64,000 nt of DNA from NCBI GenBank assembly GCA_900767415.1, contig CAAFYZ010000045.1:5777-69776 (forward strand), given 5' to 3'. The notes beneath the pieces are model-generated. The model was not told the DNA's origin. It saw nothing but the letters and a program-made list of their open reading frames with translations, and made no database searches. Positions 62,289 to 64,000 of this stretch are shown here, in pieces. The first letter of the stretch is position 1, and every line of letters begins with the position of its first letter. The position numbers and the translations under genes are program-made. This DNA is from Clostridia bacterium (GTDB lineage Bacteria > Bacillota > Clostridia > Oscillospirales > CAG-272).

Positions 62289-62948
62289 ATGAAGAAAATT
62301 TGCTACATTGTCGGCGCGGGGGAGGGGTTTGCCCCTTTCTCGCCGAAAGAGAACGATTTCGTCATTGCCGCCGACGGCGGGTATGACACACTGCGGCGCG
62401 CGGGGGTGCGCCCGCATCTTTTCGTCGGGGATATGGACTCGTTTGCGGGGACGCCCGACGGGGAGACGGAATGTCACCCGGTGCGAAAGGACGACACCGA
62501 TACCGCCCTTGCTTATCGCGCGGGCAGAGCGAGAGGATACGAGAACTTTGTTCTCCTTTCCTGCGTCGGCGGCAGAGAAGCGCACACGTATGCGAATCTT
62601 TCGCTTCTTGCGGCTGCCCGCCGCGAAGGCGCGCGGGTCCTCCTCGTCGGAAAGAAAGAGACTTCGCTCGTGATGGAAAACGAAAGCATCACCCTCTCCC
62701 GCCCTGCGGGCACGCTTCTGTCCGTCTTCGCCTTCGGCGGGGCAGCGCACGGCGTTACTCTTCGGAATCTTTCGTATCCCGCGGAGGGGCTGACCCTTTT
62801 GCCCGATGTGCCGCTCGGTGTCTCGAACGCCTTTTGCGACGCCCCCGCCACCGTTTCGGTCGGGGAGGGGAGACTTCTTCTGATGTGCGGGCGGGAAGAG
62901 GGCGAGATACCGCTCGATATTTTCGACGGATTTTGCGAAAGGACTTGA
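62289..62948 (+). CDS. thiN: thiamine diphosphokinase
   Basis: IVGAGEG...VIAADGG...GDMDS...KDDTD catalytic pattern and a C-terminal thiamine-binding beta domain. There is no strong SD before ATG 62289. Confidence 0.8.
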   Translation: MKKICYIVGAGEGFAPFSPKENDFVIAADGGYDTLRRAGVRPHLFVGDMDSFAGTPDGETECHPVRKDDTDTALAYRAGRARGYENFVLLSCVGGREAHTYANLSLLAAARREGARVLLVGKKETSLVMENESITLSRPAGTLLSVFAFGGAAHGVTLRNLSYPAEGLTLLPDVPLGVSNAFCDAPATVSVGEGRLLLMCGREEGEIPLDIFDGFCERT

Positions 62949-62973
62949 CAAACGGCACGCACCGTGCTACAAT
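62945..62973 (+). promoter_or_regulatory. promoter of the TPP riboswitch-thiT unit
   Basis: TTGACA (62945-62950, overlapping the thiN TGA), 17 bp, TACAAT (62968-62973). Confidence 0.7.
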
Positions 62974-62984
62974 GATAGCCGTCA

Positions 62985-63080
62985 AACAGAATACCGATCG
63001 GGGGTGCCGAAAGGCTGAGACGGAGAAATCCGAACCCTTATGACCTGATACGGATCATGCCGTCGTAGGGAGATTGCAAC
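62985..63080 (+). promoter_or_regulatory. TPP (THI-box) riboswitch aptamer
   Basis: Conserved core CGGGGGTGCCgaaaGGCTGAGAcgg...ACCCttatGACCTGATacGGATcATGCCgtCGTAGGGAG. It lies immediately upstream of a thiamine transporter gene. Confidence 0.9.
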
Positions 63081-63090
63081 TCTTACCATG

Positions 63091-63136
63091 ATGATTGCCG
63101 CCTGAGGTCGTACTCTGCGCGGCAATCATTTTTTTG
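63091..63136 (+). terminator. riboswitch expression-platform terminator
   Basis: ATGATTGCCGC-(17 nt)-GCGGCAATCAT followed by TTTTTT. Confidence 0.8.
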
Positions 63137-63169
63137 TTCGCACAGCGAACGCAAAAGAAAGGAACCCTT

Positions 63170-64000
63170 ATGAAAACAGCAAAAAATTCCCAAACCGTCC
63201 GCGCCATGGTGGAGAGTGCCATCATGATTGCCATCGCCGTCGTCCTCGGACTGCTCAAACTTTTTGAGATGCCCTTCGGCGGTTCGATCACCTTCGCCTC
63301 GATGCTTCCGATCGCCCTGGTCTCTTACCGTCACGGGCTGAAATACGGCTTCGCCGCCGGGCTTTGCCACGGCGTGATCGAGACGCTTCTCGGACTGAAT
63401 ACCGTTTCTTATGTCACAGGGTGGGTTTCGGTGCTTGCCGTAATCCTGCTCGACTATATTCTTGCCTTCGGCATGATGGGCATCGCGGGGATCTTCCGCG
63501 GCAAGTTCGGTGACCAGTCGGGAGAGCTGCTCCTCGGCTGTCTGCTCGGTGCCTTCTTCCGTTTCCTCTGCCATGTCATCTCGGGTGCGACCGTTTGGGC
63601 GGGGCTTTCGATTCCGACATCCGCCGTCCTGATCGGCTCGATCGGGTACAACGCGACCTATATGATCCCCGAGACCGTCGTTCTCCTGCTTGTCGCTCTC
63701 TATCTGACCGAAATGCTTGACTTTACGAAGCCGATTCCCGAGCGGATCCGCCGTGCCGAGAACGATCGCGTTCCTTTCATTCTTTCCGCGGTGGCGGCGC
63801 TTCTCGTCCTTGTTGCGCTTGTCTTCGACGTCGGACACATCTTCTCCGCACTTCAGGGAGAGGGCGGCTTTGATTTCTCCGCCATCGTCAATGTCAACTG
63901 GACGCTTGTCTTCGGCATCAGTGCCGCCGCGCTTGCCGCGTCGGTCGTTCTCCTCTTCGTCGCCCTTGCCCGCGTGATCAAAAATCATAATACAGGCACG
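63170..64000 (+). CDS. thiT: energy-coupling-factor transporter S component for thiamine (ThiT), 5' part with no stop within the window
   Basis: Absent from the ORF track because it runs off the window. ATG 63170 follows AAAGAAAGGAA. MKTAKNSQTVRAMVESAIMIAIAVVLGLLKLFEMPFGGSITFASMLPI...GYNATYMIPE is ThiT-like. It sits under a TPP riboswitch. The frame stays open for 277 codons. Confidence 0.8.
   Translation, partial: MKTAKNSQTVRAMVESAIMIAIAVVLGLLKLFEMPFGGSITFASMLPIALVSYRHGLKYGFAAGLCHGVIETLLGLNTVSYVTGWVSVLAVILLDYILAFGMMGIAGIFRGKFGDQSGELLLGCLLGAFFRFLCHVISGATVWAGLSIPTSAVLIGSIGYNATYMIPETVVLLLVALYLTEMLDFTKPIPERIRRAENDRVPFILSAVAALLVLVALVFDVGHIFSALQGEGGFDFSAIVNVNWTLVFGISAAALAASVVLLFVALARVIKNHNTGT

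Noticed and set aside
63083-63988. 301-aa minus-strand ORF at the right edge.
   Set aside because: It is antisense to a clear ThiT-like membrane protein reading frame that sits under a TPP riboswitch. Its translation is charged and low in complexity.
1-64000. CRISPR arrays, tRNA/rRNA/tmRNA genes, transposases, integrases, phage genes, toxin-antitoxin pairs or known defence-system genes.
   Set aside because: I saw no regularly spaced short direct repeats, no GGTTCGAATCC-type tRNA T-arm sequences in intergenic DNA, and no ORF with recombinase, nuclease-defence or phage-structural motifs. The helicase at 13903-16287 looks like a housekeeping DinG/XPD-type enzyme with no partner genes.

Overview
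This is a 64-kb chromosomal window from a high-G+C Gram-positive, Clostridia-like genome. That taxonomic call is inferred from gene content such as long-form HPF, HPr and secG-rnr, and from sigma-A-type promoters. I can support 48 protein-coding genes, two of them cut by the window edges. Most are housekeeping: malQ, pepT, mutY, cysK, mnmA, mtnN, ackA, greA, rnc, hpf, pheST, uvrC, ptsH, trmD, rimM, tadA, rnr, secG, thiN and thiT. I also call one TPP riboswitch, about 20 promoters with exactly 17-bp spacers, and about 16 hairpin terminators. I found no tRNA or rRNA genes, CRISPR arrays, transposases, integrases or recognisable defence systems.

The accessory content is two giant surface or secreted proteins. 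One is a 2,447-aa GH95 enzyme with repeated discoidin-like modules and an SGNH esterase domain. It sits beside a divergent AraC regulator and is followed by a 65-aa ORF. The other is a 1,857-aa BspA-type leucine-rich-repeat lipoprotein with an unassigned Cys/His-rich tandem-repeat N-terminus. It has a lower G+C content and is transcriptionally insulated.

Other points worth a second look:
- an RNase III with two dsRBDs
- an in-frame rsmD-coaD fusion
- an apparently leaderless rimM in a rearranged rimM-trmD context, flanked by a glycosyltransferase and an O-antigen-ligase-like gene
- a 21-bp palindrome on the cysK promoter, next to a Cys-triad Rrf2 regulator
- short terminated leaders behind consensus promoters
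- pheST without a T-box

The many long ORFs antisense to real genes are high-G+C artefacts. All functional calls rest on motif recognition by eye, because no database search was possible.
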